This document shows positions 29,716 through 39,303 of a stretch of DNA of 64,000 bases, in pieces (position 1 is the first letter of the stretch; every line of letters starts with the position of its first letter). The notes beneath the pieces are model-generated. The model was not told where the DNA came from, searched no databases, and was given only the letters and a program-made list of their open reading frames with translations. Origin of the DNA: Chloroflexota bacterium (GTDB taxonomy: Bacteria > Chloroflexota > Dehalococcoidia > Lucifugimonadales > Lucifugimonadaceae); the NCBI GenBank assembly GCA_027618835.1, contig JAQCHZ010000004.1, positions 40,715-104,714 on the forward strand. The letters run 5' to 3'. Made by a program: the position numbers and the translations under genes.

Positions 29716-30087
29716 TTGTCACTACCCACCAACCAGCGAATTAGACGGTCAGCGGAATTCCGCGCCGTTTTTGCGCGGGGGCGTCGTTCATCGAATGAAT
29801 TCACGAACGTCGTCGCCAAGCCGAACGATCTGCCTTATTTGCGAGTCGGATTGGCAGTTAGCAAGAAGGTTGGTAACGCTGTAACGAGAAATCTCGTAAA
29901 GCGACGTATCCGAAGCACGTTCACCAATATGAACGTATCTAAGGGATGGGACGTAGTAGTAACTGCGAAACCCGGATCCTCAGATGTTCCGTTCACCGAG
30001 CTAGACCGAGCGATCAAAAAAACGATCGAACGAGTTGGTGTCAGGATTACCGAGGGTGCGTCAATTCAGGCAAGGACGGTCGTGTAA
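29716..30087 (+). CDS. rnpA: RNase P protein component
   Basis: RVGLAVSKKVGNAVTRNLVKRRIR; follows rpmH. Confidence 0.95.
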   Translation: MSLPTNQRIRRSAEFRAVFARGRRSSNEFTNVVAKPNDLPYLRVGLAVSKKVGNAVTRNLVKRRIRSTFTNMNVSKGWDVVVTAKPGSSDVPFTELDRAIKKTIERVGVRITEGASIQARTVV

Positions 30088-30314
30088 TGCGAATCGCCCT
30101 TCTCATGTTCATTAGGTTCTACAAGTTGGCGATCTCGCCGTACTGGCCAGGCCAGTGCCGATATGACCCAACATGTTCTGAGTTCGCAGCGAATGCGATC
30201 AATACTCATGGTTCGATTCGCGGATCATGGCTCGCACTAGGAAGGATCGGTCGGTGTCATCCCGGTCGATCGCGGGGTTACGATCCCGTCCCGGAAAAGC
30301 AATTATCTAAATAA
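30087..30314 (+). CDS. yidD: Membrane protein insertion efficiency factor
   Basis: ISPYWPGQCRYDPTCSEFA...RIGRCHP...GYDPVP. Confidence 0.95.
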   Translation: MRIALLMFIRFYKLAISPYWPGQCRYDPTCSEFAANAINTHGSIRGSWLALGRIGRCHPGRSRGYDPVPEKQLSK

Positions 30315-30438
30315 CGACAACAATCTGGGCTGGCCATGGCAAAGCGGTAAACGCTAAACCACACCTGCCTACTACTCCCGGAGGCTCAAAACGCCACCGT
30401 CAATAACAGGCACGATTCGCAACACTGACGTCGGATCC

Positions 30439-31704
30439 ATGTCGAAACAAAATCTCTCTGGCAGTCGAAAAAGACTGCATCTCGTGCTCGCTCTCTTCCT
30501 CGTGATGATTGCAGCAGTTTCCTGTGTGGACGACCTCACGCCTGAAGGTGGATGGTCGGGCCCTGTTGAGCAGGACGACCAGCTATTCATTGGTAACGGT
30601 GACGGCCGGCTCGTTCGATTCGACCCTGGATCTGGAAATGTCGACAACAGCTGGCGTTACCCCCGTGGTGATGACGATGGCCTTGGTGCGATGTACAGCA
30701 ATTCTGTTGTTATCGGCGAAAACATCTACAACGTCGGATATACGTGCAAAGGCGACAAGTGTGACGGAGAGATATTCGGTCTGAATCTAGCCGATGGGTC
30801 ACCCATATGGGGCCAAAACGGCTTGGAGTTGAAGACTAAGCTCGTTGGTAGTATCGGAGTTTCTGAAGACACTATATTTGTAGGAACAACCGCAATCGGT
30901 GACGAAGAAGACGGCGCTGAAGGCTACTTCTACGCACTCGACTCTGCGGCCGACACCTCTTCAATCACCAAATGGCGCATACCTCTAGACGCTAACTCGT
31001 TCAGTGGAGTTGCTGTAGAAGGATCCACTGCTTACATCGCGACGATGGCCGGGACTCTCTACGCAATCGATATTTCAGACTCCGACGACGCTACTAATCC
31101 TTCTGAACGCATCAGTTGGACATACCGGGCTGAAGGTGCCATCGCAGGACCCATACTGGTAAAGAACCGCAACCTGTATTTTGGTGATCTAGCGAGCAAC
31201 GTTTACAAGCTCGATACCACCTCTCGTACAACGTCAATGATGCTACCTAACGTGGACAAAGGCCAGGTAACCACCGGCGAATGGAAATTCGATGCCGGAG
31301 CATGGGTATGGGCGGCTCCTGTCATTGAAGACGGAGTTGTTTACGTATCTGCGCTGGACGGATCGATCTTCGCACTCGATGAAATGACAGGCTCCGAGAA
31401 CTGGTCGTCGGTGATAGAAGGTCAGATCGTATCCTCACCAACTCTGTTCGACCGCAAGCGTGGTGACACCCGCGAACGTGCACTTGCCGTGCCATCGGGC
31501 GAGAATAACGTTTGGGTTATTTCAGTCATCGATGGTCGAGAGCTTGGAGTGTTCATCACCGACGAACCCGTCAAGTCGACTCCTCTCATCTACAACGACA
31601 ATCTCTACGTTCACGCGCTGAACGGTCATCTCAAGTGGTTCTCAGTCGACGATACGACCCAAAGAGGGTGCGTCGATTTGAAGGGTGGTGGACGATGCGA
31701 CTAA
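30439..31704 (+). CDS. PQQ-like beta-propeller repeat lipoprotein
   Basis: Lipobox-like AVSC, GWSGPV, and repeated [LF]YA[LI]D...W blades. Confidence 0.85.
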   Translation: MSKQNLSGSRKRLHLVLALFLVMIAAVSCVDDLTPEGGWSGPVEQDDQLFIGNGDGRLVRFDPGSGNVDNSWRYPRGDDDGLGAMYSNSVVIGENIYNVGYTCKGDKCDGEIFGLNLADGSPIWGQNGLELKTKLVGSIGVSEDTIFVGTTAIGDEEDGAEGYFYALDSAADTSSITKWRIPLDANSFSGVAVEGSTAYIATMAGTLYAIDISDSDDATNPSERISWTYRAEGAIAGPILVKNRNLYFGDLASNVYKLDTTSRTTSMMLPNVDKGQVTTGEWKFDAGAWVWAAPVIEDGVVYVSALDGSIFALDEMTGSENWSSVIEGQIVSSPTLFDRKRGDTRERALAVPSGENNVWVISVIDGRELGVFITDEPVKSTPLIYNDNLYVHALNGHLKWFSVDDTTQRGCVDLKGGGRCD

Positions 31705-31747
31705 TCGTTCTCCAAAATCGCGCTACTTCTAAAGGGGAGGCCATCTA

Positions 31748-32722
31748 ATGGAAATTTTTGGCCTGCTCTGGCAAGAAGTAATCATGCGCCCGATGATCAA
31801 CATCCTTGCGTTGTTGTATCAGGTGTTGTTTTCGAACTTCGGACTCAGCATCATCGTATTTACAGTTCTCATCCGTCTGGCAATGATCCCACTGACCGTG
31901 CGGCAGACCCGGCAGATGAAGAAAATGCAGTTGATTCAGCCAAAACTTAAGGTGATTCAAGACAAATACAAAGGCAAAAAGGGCGACGATCGTCGCAAGA
32001 TGTCTTCGGAAACGATGGGCTTATACAAGGACGCAGGCGTAAGCCCCGTTGGTTGTCTTGGCCCGATGATTATCCAGATGCCAATCTGGATCGGTTTCTA
32101 CAAGGCAATTCTGCGTACTATGCCATCTACACCAGAAGGCATGGCTAATCTCTCGGATCTGTTCTACGGCTGGAACCCGGCAATAGCCTCAGTTCCATTC
32201 GATAGTCATTTCCTGGGTCTATCGCTTGTGGATCTCGTTTCTGCTGCGGCGTTGCCTTGGAACTACGCACTGCCAGTTTTGGTAGGTGCTTCTATGTTCC
32301 TTCAACAGAAGATGACCACGAACCCATCTACCGACCCACGCCAGAAACAGACCAACCAGATGATGCTCTGGATGATGCCGATTATGTTCGGTGCATTCAC
32401 GTGGCAGTTCCCAGCTGGACTGGCTGTTTACATCCTGTTCTCAAACGCCATCGGAGTAGCTATTCAGTACTTCGTCGGTGGCAAGCAACCAATTGAACTA
32501 TTCGGACGATCTTTCCTCGGTACCGACGCCAGTAGAGCAGAACGAGCTGCTCAGGTAGCTGCAGAAGCTACTGCCGGTAGCGCACCGAAACCAGATCCTG
32601 AGGAGTCAGACGACGATGATCAGAGCACGGAAGTACGCGGGCAAGACGGTCGACGAAGCGACAGAAATCGCTCTCGCCGATCTGGACGCCGAACTCGAAG
32701 ACGTCGAAATAAAGATAGTTAG
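31748..32722 (+). CDS. yidC: Membrane protein insertase YidC
   Basis: NFGLSIIVFTVLIR, GCLGPMIIQMPIW and FPAGLAVY motifs. Confidence 0.95.
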   Translation: MEIFGLLWQEVIMRPMINILALLYQVLFSNFGLSIIVFTVLIRLAMIPLTVRQTRQMKKMQLIQPKLKVIQDKYKGKKGDDRRKMSSETMGLYKDAGVSPVGCLGPMIIQMPIWIGFYKAILRTMPSTPEGMANLSDLFYGWNPAIASVPFDSHFLGLSLVDLVSAAALPWNYALPVLVGASMFLQQKMTTNPSTDPRQKQTNQMMLWMMPIMFGAFTWQFPAGLAVYILFSNAIGVAIQYFVGGKQPIELFGRSFLGTDASRAERAAQVAAEATAGSAPKPDPEESDDDDQSTEVRGQDGRRSDRNRSRRSGRRTRRRRNKDS

Positions 32723-33722
32723 CACCGGAAGGTCGGGAATTCTCGGCTTTGGTGGTGAACCCGCTGAGATTGAAATTTCACTTCTCAGTGATGGTCGCTC
32801 GTCCTTTAGTGATGACTTCGACGAAGAGGCAGTAGCCGATTCACCGGAAGAATCTGCCGAGTCTGCCCCAAGAGCAGCATCAGCAGATTTCGAAGAGGAA
32901 ACGCCACGAAATCGTGGTCGGAGTCGAAATCGTAATCGCGGACGCGGACGTGGTCGCAGTAACCGAGACGGCGACGAAGAGCAGCAGCCAGAAGCTGTTG
33001 CATCTTCATCTGAAGCACCGGCAAGAGAAGCAACCGATGAAGAGAAGCCTTCAAACGGACGTCGAGGTCGCAGAGGCGCTCGCGGTGGTCGGGATGCAGA
33101 ACGTTCACCTTCAAACGAACGTGACGAACGTCCCGAAGCCCATGCACGCCCTGAGCGAGATGATCAAGACGATCGCCCACAGCGAGAGGAACGATTAGAT
33201 CGTCCAGAGCGCGAACAACGGCCACAAAATAACGAAGATTCTCAGCCGATTATTCGTGAAAAAGACGAAGAAGCTGAACAGCTCGTATCTGAACTTATCG
33301 ACTACTTCCTCGGAGCAATGGGTGTCGTAGCCGAAACTTACATTCGTGAGGACGATGAAGAAGGTTCGATGACTTTCGAAATCGAAGGCCAGGATGCCGG
33401 ATTGCTGATCGGTCGACGTGGAGAAACGCTTCAGGCACTTCAGTTCCTGATTCGAATGGTCACCAACCGACAGCTCGGTCGAAAAGCCTACGTTGTTATC
33501 GACATCGAAGACTACCGAGAGCGTCGTGTGCAGATGTTACGTCGACTAGCACGTCGAACTGCCGGGCGAGTCGCATCAAGCGGTCGTGACGACAGTCTCG
33601 AGCCGATGTCGCCAGCAGAACGTCGAATCGTTCACATGGCTCTCGCAGGTCATTCAGAAGTTCGTACCGAATCTGAAGGCGAAGGCAATCAGCGTCGGGT
33701 AGTAATCTTCCCGACTGACTAG
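32616..33722 (+). CDS. jag: Jag/EloR (KhpB) RNA-binding protein
   Basis: Jag_N (GKTVDEA...GILGFG), KH (LLIGRRGETLQALQ) and R3H (ERRIVH) domains. Confidence 0.93.
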   Translation: MIRARKYAGKTVDEATEIALADLDAELEDVEIKIVSTGRSGILGFGGEPAEIEISLLSDGRSSFSDDFDEEAVADSPEESAESAPRAASADFEEETPRNRGRSRNRNRGRGRGRSNRDGDEEQQPEAVASSSEAPAREATDEEKPSNGRRGRRGARGGRDAERSPSNERDERPEAHARPERDDQDDRPQREERLDRPEREQRPQNNEDSQPIIREKDEEAEQLVSELIDYFLGAMGVVAETYIREDDEEGSMTFEIEGQDAGLLIGRRGETLQALQFLIRMVTNRQLGRKAYVVIDIEDYRERRVQMLRRLARRTAGRVASSGRDDSLEPMSPAERRIVHMALAGHSEVRTESEGEGNQRRVVIFPTD

Positions 33723-33750
33723 TGGCTTAGCCACGTTTTCTGAGAAATCG

Positions 33751-33798
33751 AATAAATACGCCTGAATCGCAGTGATGTGGCTTCAGGCGTATTTATTT
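33751..33798 (+). terminator. Intrinsic terminator after jag
   Basis: aataaatacgcctgaa...ttcaggcgtatttattt. Confidence 0.8.
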
Positions 33799-33923
33799 GT
33801 CCCAGCTTTGGAAATCCAAGTTGCTTCAACGCTGCGACGATTTCGATTCAAGTGGTATCTTCAACTTCGTCGTTCCGCTCTGATACATTCGTCGCTCGCA
33901 ACAGAAAGTAACCTCAGTTCGTT

Positions 33924-34760
33924 ATGCCCTCAACCCCATCATTTATAGCGATTGGTCACCTCACGTTCGACGTCAACATCGTCGATAGCGGAACGCCGAC
34001 CAGCCACATACCGGGCGGGGCGGCTGCGTACGCCGCACTGACCTCCCATAAGCACGATATTTCGACGGGTGTGATTAGCTCTGTCGGGGACGACTACCCG
34101 GTCGACCTGATCCTGAAAGGCATTGATGTCCAGGTCGTCGAAAGCGAGCACACCGCTACGTTTGCCAACTACTACGATTCTGGAGATCGAACGCAAGTAT
34201 TGATGGCGTCAGGGAATCGAATCCCTCAGTCTTCGATTCCTGAAGGTTGGACCGACCCAGATATTCTCTTCGTAGGGCCGTTACTGCATGAGCTCCCTAC
34301 CGATTGCGTGAACTGGTTCAATCCAAAGCTATCGTGTTTGCTTCCGTCAGGCTGGCTGCGCCGATGGGGACACGATGGAGCTATTTCACACACCGATATG
34401 CTTCCTCCGTTTCGAGGGAAGAAGTGGGACATCATTGTCGTTTCGGAATCTGAAATAGAGAGCCTGCCTGAACAGCAGCTTTTCGATCTCGGCGACATCG
34501 TCTGCGTAACCAGAGGTGAAAAAGGCTCTCGAATCTGGTACGAAGGATCGTGGATCGAGGTACCTGTGGTGTATTCGAATCCGGTCGATTTCACCGGGGC
34601 TGGCGACATATGGGCGACCGCATTCGCAATAGCGATTAGCGAGGGTCAACCGATTGCGCAGGCCGGCCTATACGCCGCTACTGCTTCAGCGATAGCCATC
34701 GAGTCGACTGGCCTCAGCGGTTGCCCTTCTCGCGAGCAAATCCAAGCTCGACTCGGATAG
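33924..34760 (+). CDS. PfkB family carbohydrate kinase
   Basis: PGGAAAYAA, VTRGEKGS and VDFTGAGDIWA motifs. Confidence 0.9.
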   Translation: MPSTPSFIAIGHLTFDVNIVDSGTPTSHIPGGAAAYAALTSHKHDISTGVISSVGDDYPVDLILKGIDVQVVESEHTATFANYYDSGDRTQVLMASGNRIPQSSIPEGWTDPDILFVGPLLHELPTDCVNWFNPKLSCLLPSGWLRRWGHDGAISHTDMLPPFRGKKWDIIVVSESEIESLPEQQLFDLGDIVCVTRGEKGSRIWYEGSWIEVPVVYSNPVDFTGAGDIWATAFAIAISEGQPIAQAGLYAATASAIAIESTGLSGCPSREQIQARLG

Positions 34761-34774
34761 GGCGAACCTAGCGA

Positions 34775-35260
34775 CTAGGCCGCTTCAAGCGCTTCGAATG
34801 CCGCTCCTTTGTCCAATAATCCGCCAGATTGACGCCACACCACTTCTCCATCTCGCCCGATGACCACAAATGTCGGAGTCAAGTACGCGCGGTAGTCTCG
34901 TATCAACTGCGACGCAAGCGAATCCTGGACGTTGAGCTTGAGAATTTGCACGTCGTCATCTAGTTCACCCTCAAGACTTTTGACGATCGCCTGCGAAGCT
35001 AAGCACGCAGTACACGAGTTTGAAAAGAACTAGACGAACACCGGACTTCCCGAAGTGATTACGATCTGCGCTTCCGCTTCGGTTGCAACAGTACTGTCAC
35101 CGGGTCGAAGGAAGATCACGGCACTCAAAGCGGCAATTGCCGCGATTGAGTAGATAGAAATTTGCTTGAGTTTGCCTTTGATCGGCAGCAACGCAATCAT
35201 CAGAACAATGATTCCCGGAATCGTTATGAATGCCGAGTACTGGTTGAAAAATTCGAGTAA
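34775..35260 (-). pseudogene. Membrane-anchored thioredoxin-like protein with in-frame TAG (absent from ORF track)
   Basis: Two TM helices, then SGSPVFV*FFSNSCTACLAS...YLTPTFVV. TAG at 35032-35030; no canonical start codon at the expected position. Confidence 0.8.
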
Positions 35261-35376
35261 TTTAAATCTCTGTTTGGGCGTGATTATTGTTTCGCGTGCT
35301 TGGTACTACGGAAAGTTAGATTCACTGGATTGAAAATCGACGCGAGAAACATTTGGTGAAAAGACGTTATTACCGA

Positions 35377-35997
35377 CTATTCCAGCATCGAGCCGTTGAG
35401 CAGCGTACCAAGCGAATACTCGCTTTCCAGTTCGCCATCTAACTCAAGACGGTGCGTGCTAAGTGTCACGTGATTGTGATCGCACGTCGCTAAAATCTGC
35501 TCGAAGCGATCTGCCGAGGTGTTGCCGAAAAGAATAAGAACGGGAAGTACGTGGCGATGCTCTGCCTGAAAGATTGCCGCCTGATACCAAAGAGCCTGCC
35601 GAAGACCCTCCGACCACGAGTCGGCACGTTCGATTTCGATAACGTGGGTTGGGAACTTGGAGCTGTAGCCAACCAGAAGATCAGCACGCTCCTTGCCAGT
35701 CCACATTGCAGCCTGCTCGATCGCATTGATACCGGCGAGTCGGAATATTCGTGTGACTTCTTCCTGAATTTCGGCCTCGGCCTTTTTCGGAATTCCCTGA
35801 GCGGCGTCGAAGCCCTTCATGATTCCGTCTTTGAGCGTGGCGTGCGAAAGATCGAACTGCGATTCCCAAGCGTAATAGAGTGCCGACTTGCGAGAGTTGC
35901 TCAGTTGCGACCAACCCGAAGCTTCAGCCTCTTTGTGAACCGTGGAAACCACGGATTCACGCTCTTCGCTGGAAAGTTCGGTCAGTGTGCGAGTCAT
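35377..35997 (-). CDS. Putative PD-(D/E)xK-fold endonuclease
   Basis: EAEIQ...RADLLV...VIEIE...GLRQALWY. Overlaps the methyltransferase stop (ATGA). Confidence 0.55.
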   Translation of the reverse strand: MTRTLTELSSEERESVVSTVHKEAEASGWSQLSNSRKSALYYAWESQFDLSHATLKDGIMKGFDAAQGIPKKAEAEIQEEVTRIFRLAGINAIEQAAMWTGKERADLLVGYSSKFPTHVIEIERADSWSEGLRQALWYQAAIFQAEHRHVLPVLILFGNTSADRFEQILATCDHNHVTLSTHRLELDGELESEYSLGTLLNGSMLE

Positions 35998-36959
35998 TTT
36001 TTCTTGCCAGGTGCCTTGGCGGTCTTTTTTGCAACAGGCGGCTTGAATTTTGTGTTTGAAGCGTGAGCATCAAGTCGCTGATTGGCGAGTTCGACGTATT
36101 CAGACGATACGTCATACCCAACAAAATGACGACCGTTCTTTACCGCTGCGAGCGCCGTGGAGCCAGTTCCCATAAATGGATCGAGCACTACTTCATTCGT
36201 AAATGTGTATAGCTGAATCGCTCTTCGAGGAAGTTCTTCAGGGAACGGTGCAGGGTGTCCGACTTGCTTCGCTGATTGCGGGGCGAATTCCCAAACGCTC
36301 TTCGTAAATTCGAGAAATTCATCCCTCGTAATTGTTGATTCTCGCTTTTCGATCGCTTTGCGACCAAATGGAGGCTTTTGGAACACCAATATGTATTCGT
36401 GGGTGTCACGAAGGGTAGGGTTAGACGCCGACATCCAACTGCCCCATGCGGTCGAAGATCCAGCACCAGCCGATTTATTCCAGATCACTTCTCCACGCAT
36501 ATGGAACCCGACGTGTGCGGCCTGTTCGATGATGTAGGCGTGAAGCGGTATGTACGGCTTGCGTCCGAGATTTGCGACATTGACCAAAGCACGTCCACCA
36601 TCGACCAACACGCGGAACGTCTCTTCCAAGACGTTACCGATCAGTTGCATGTATTGCTCGTGCGTCAGATCGTCGTCGTAGTCCTTGCCAACGTTGTAAG
36701 GAGGTGAGGTGACCATGAGGTGAACCGAACGGTCGGGAAGTTCGGACATTTTCTCGCTTGAGTGAGCAATGAACGAGTCGAGGAATTCGGCCGGCACTGA
36801 CTGTTCAGGTTCGGGGTTCTTATCCAGACTTTCCCTGTCGGCGGGCTGAAGCGCACGAGCATAGTATTTGGAAGAATCATGGCTGAATCTTCCGTTCGTC
36901 CCGAAGGCAGAGGTACTTGTTGGGTGCTGTTTTGGAGCAGCTTTTGAACGACGTGGCAT
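35994..36959 (-). CDS. Beta-class N4-C/N6-A DNA methyltransferase
   Basis: VTSPPY precedes HPAPFP and VLDPFMGTGST. Confidence 0.92.
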   Translation of the reverse strand: MPRRSKAAPKQHPTSTSAFGTNGRFSHDSSKYYARALQPADRESLDKNPEPEQSVPAEFLDSFIAHSSEKMSELPDRSVHLMVTSPPYNVGKDYDDDLTHEQYMQLIGNVLEETFRVLVDGGRALVNVANLGRKPYIPLHAYIIEQAAHVGFHMRGEVIWNKSAGAGSSTAWGSWMSASNPTLRDTHEYILVFQKPPFGRKAIEKRESTITRDEFLEFTKSVWEFAPQSAKQVGHPAPFPEELPRRAIQLYTFTNEVVLDPFMGTGSTALAAVKNGRHFVGYDVSSEYVELANQRLDAHASNTKFKPPVAKKTAKAPGKKK

Positions 36960-37036
36960 CTTATTAGAAGGATGCTAGCAGTTGCCGCACGCGAGCGCGA
37001 ATCTAAGTTGTACCATTGCCTACAGATTAGAAGCGA

Positions 37037-39127
37037 TTACTCGGTTGATTGATCCAAAATGCTGATGAGATCGACAGCCTTCTTGCCGTCTGCCTCGCCT
37101 TTGGCGCCAATGCCTTCGTCGAACATCTGGATACAGAACGGACACGACACCGCCACCGTATCGGCGCCGGTTTCGAGGAACTGATCGGTTCGCATGTGAT
37201 TCACACGTTCACCTTCCTCCTCCATCCACATCCGACCACCGCCAGCACCGCAGCAGAACGCTTGCTCCTGATTACGATCCATCTCGACGAAGTCCAAGCC
37301 AGGGATAGAACTCAAGATCTCCCGAGGCGCACCGAATTCTCCGTTGTGACGTCCGAGATAGCAGGAATCATGATAAGTGACCGTGCCGATCTTCCCGATG
37401 CCAGCTTCTGTCGGCTTTAGCTTGCCATCTTTGAGCAGTTCTCCGACGAACGCCGTGTAGTGAATCACGTCGTAGTTTCCGCCAAGCTGTGGGTATTCGT
37501 TCTTCATCGTGTTGAAGCAGTGCGGGCAGGTAGTGATGATCTTCTTCACATCGTATTGTTTGAACGTGCCAATATTCGTTTCGGCCTGAATTTGGAACAA
37601 ATATTCGTTGCCTAATCGACGTGCAGGATCGCCGGTGCAAGTTTCTTCGTCCCCAAGCACGGCAAAATCGACTCCAGCCTTCCGCAATACAGAAGCCATC
37701 GAGCGCGTCGTCTCGACTCCTCGTTGAACGAGCGCACCTGAACATCCGACCCAGAACAGCACATCCGAATCTGGTTTTTCGGCTAGAGTCGAAATATCTA
37801 AGCCGTCCATCCACGAAGTACGTGTGAGAGTCGTGCCACGCCAAGGGTGACCACGCTGCTCGATCGATTGCAATGCCGACTGTGCAGTGTCGGGAGTGCT
37901 CGCTTCTTCAAGAGTGAGGTATCGACGCATATCTACGATTGCATCGATCGGGTTGATCTCTACCGGGCAGGCGTCGAGACACGCCGCGCAAGTTAGGCAG
38001 CTCCAGAGAACGTCGTCTCCAATAGCGTCGTGCACCATCGATGTCGCAGGCTCGGGAGCGGTTTCACCTTCGGGCGTACCCAATAACACAGGAGCTCGCT
38101 CTTCCATATACCCGCGCATGCCTTGGATTAGTTTTCGCGGTGATAACGGCTTGCCCGACGCCCATGCAGGACAGGCGTCCTGACATCGGCCGCAATTGGT
38201 ACAGGCGTCGAAGCTCAGGGCTTGTGTCCACTGAAGGTCGGGAATGTCTTTCGCACCGAACGTTTCGAGTGTTTCGAAATCGCCCATCGGCTTTAGTGCA
38301 CCACGGGGTCGGAGCGATCGGTAGTACCAGTTCATCGGACTAACGATCATATGAGTGAATTTACTGAATCTTGCCGAGGCGTAAATAATTGCCGATACGA
38401 ATATTCCCGCATGAACCCACCACGTTGCGGCGTGGGTCGATTCGAGAGATGACGAACTAAAGCCCATGCCCAGCAATGCTTTGGCGAAGACCCAACCAAT
38501 TGGCGACCAGACAGCGACTGACGTGTCGTAGTAGCTAGACGACGGGTTTAGTTCAGTCGCACCAATTCGCAGCCCTTCGATAAGGAAGCCGCTGATGAGG
38601 AGTCCAAACAAGAATGTGATAACGATTCCGTCGTCGAGTGCTGTGTTTAAGCGACCGGGGCGAATCACATAACGCCGCCATGCTGCCATTGATAATCCGA
38701 CAGTGGCGAGTCCGCCTCCGAAGACATCCCATACGAAACCGAGCGGCACGCGGGCGTGGGCTGTCGGCCATGTCCAGTCGAGATATTTCTCGGCGTTGAA
38801 TTCAAAAGCGGCAATCGTTGTTGCGATAAGCAGAATCGAGAATCCCCAAAATATCGAGAAGTGCATGATTCCCGGATAGAGGCTGCGTTTCCGCACGAAC
38901 TGCTTGTGGGCGAAGAGTCCAACTGTAAGTAGAGCAAGGAACGCTTTCCAGCGGTCGGACGTCGAGCCAAGGTCGACATCGGCACCTGCGGTGTGCCACA
39001 TCTTCCAGCGGCGTCGGAGTGCGTATACGATCGATGCTAGCGCTATTGGGGCGATGAGGTAGACCAACGCTCCTGTGAATGGATAGCCGATGTTCCAAAA
39101 CTCAGTGCGACCTGCGAATTCTGACAT
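37037..39127 (-). CDS. Membrane Fe-S oxidoreductase (HdrD/FadF-like, CCG domains)
   Basis: TM region, CTNCGRCQDACP, CLTCAACLDACP, YHDSCYLGR and CCGAGGG motifs. Confidence 0.9.
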   Translation of the reverse strand: MSEFAGRTEFWNIGYPFTGALVYLIAPIALASIVYALRRRWKMWHTAGADVDLGSTSDRWKAFLALLTVGLFAHKQFVRKRSLYPGIMHFSIFWGFSILLIATTIAAFEFNAEKYLDWTWPTAHARVPLGFVWDVFGGGLATVGLSMAAWRRYVIRPGRLNTALDDGIVITFLFGLLISGFLIEGLRIGATELNPSSSYYDTSVAVWSPIGWVFAKALLGMGFSSSSLESTHAATWWVHAGIFVSAIIYASARFSKFTHMIVSPMNWYYRSLRPRGALKPMGDFETLETFGAKDIPDLQWTQALSFDACTNCGRCQDACPAWASGKPLSPRKLIQGMRGYMEERAPVLLGTPEGETAPEPATSMVHDAIGDDVLWSCLTCAACLDACPVEINPIDAIVDMRRYLTLEEASTPDTAQSALQSIEQRGHPWRGTTLTRTSWMDGLDISTLAEKPDSDVLFWVGCSGALVQRGVETTRSMASVLRKAGVDFAVLGDEETCTGDPARRLGNEYLFQIQAETNIGTFKQYDVKKIITTCPHCFNTMKNEYPQLGGNYDVIHYTAFVGELLKDGKLKPTEAGIGKIGTVTYHDSCYLGRHNGEFGAPREILSSIPGLDFVEMDRNQEQAFCCGAGGGRMWMEEEGERVNHMRTDQFLETGADTVAVSCPFCIQMFDEGIGAKGEADGKKAVDLISILDQSTE

Positions 39128-39303
39128 GACCGTACTTTCGTCCCCAGCTAGATAGCTCGGATGATGTTTGAAATCGTGAATGGGGGCAGTTTACGTACTG
39201 CCCAAGGTTTGTGTCGCTTCTGATGCCGCTTGGTAGACAAATATTGCCAACATGAACTGCTTAAAGAACGAGCGAGCGTACGCAATCGCTCCGGCAGGTC
39301 GAT

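Noticed and set aside
32900-33240. Repetitive Arg/Glu-rich stretch in jag as a repeat element
   Set aside because: It is the low-complexity linker usual between Jag_N and KH domains, with no exact DNA repeat unit.
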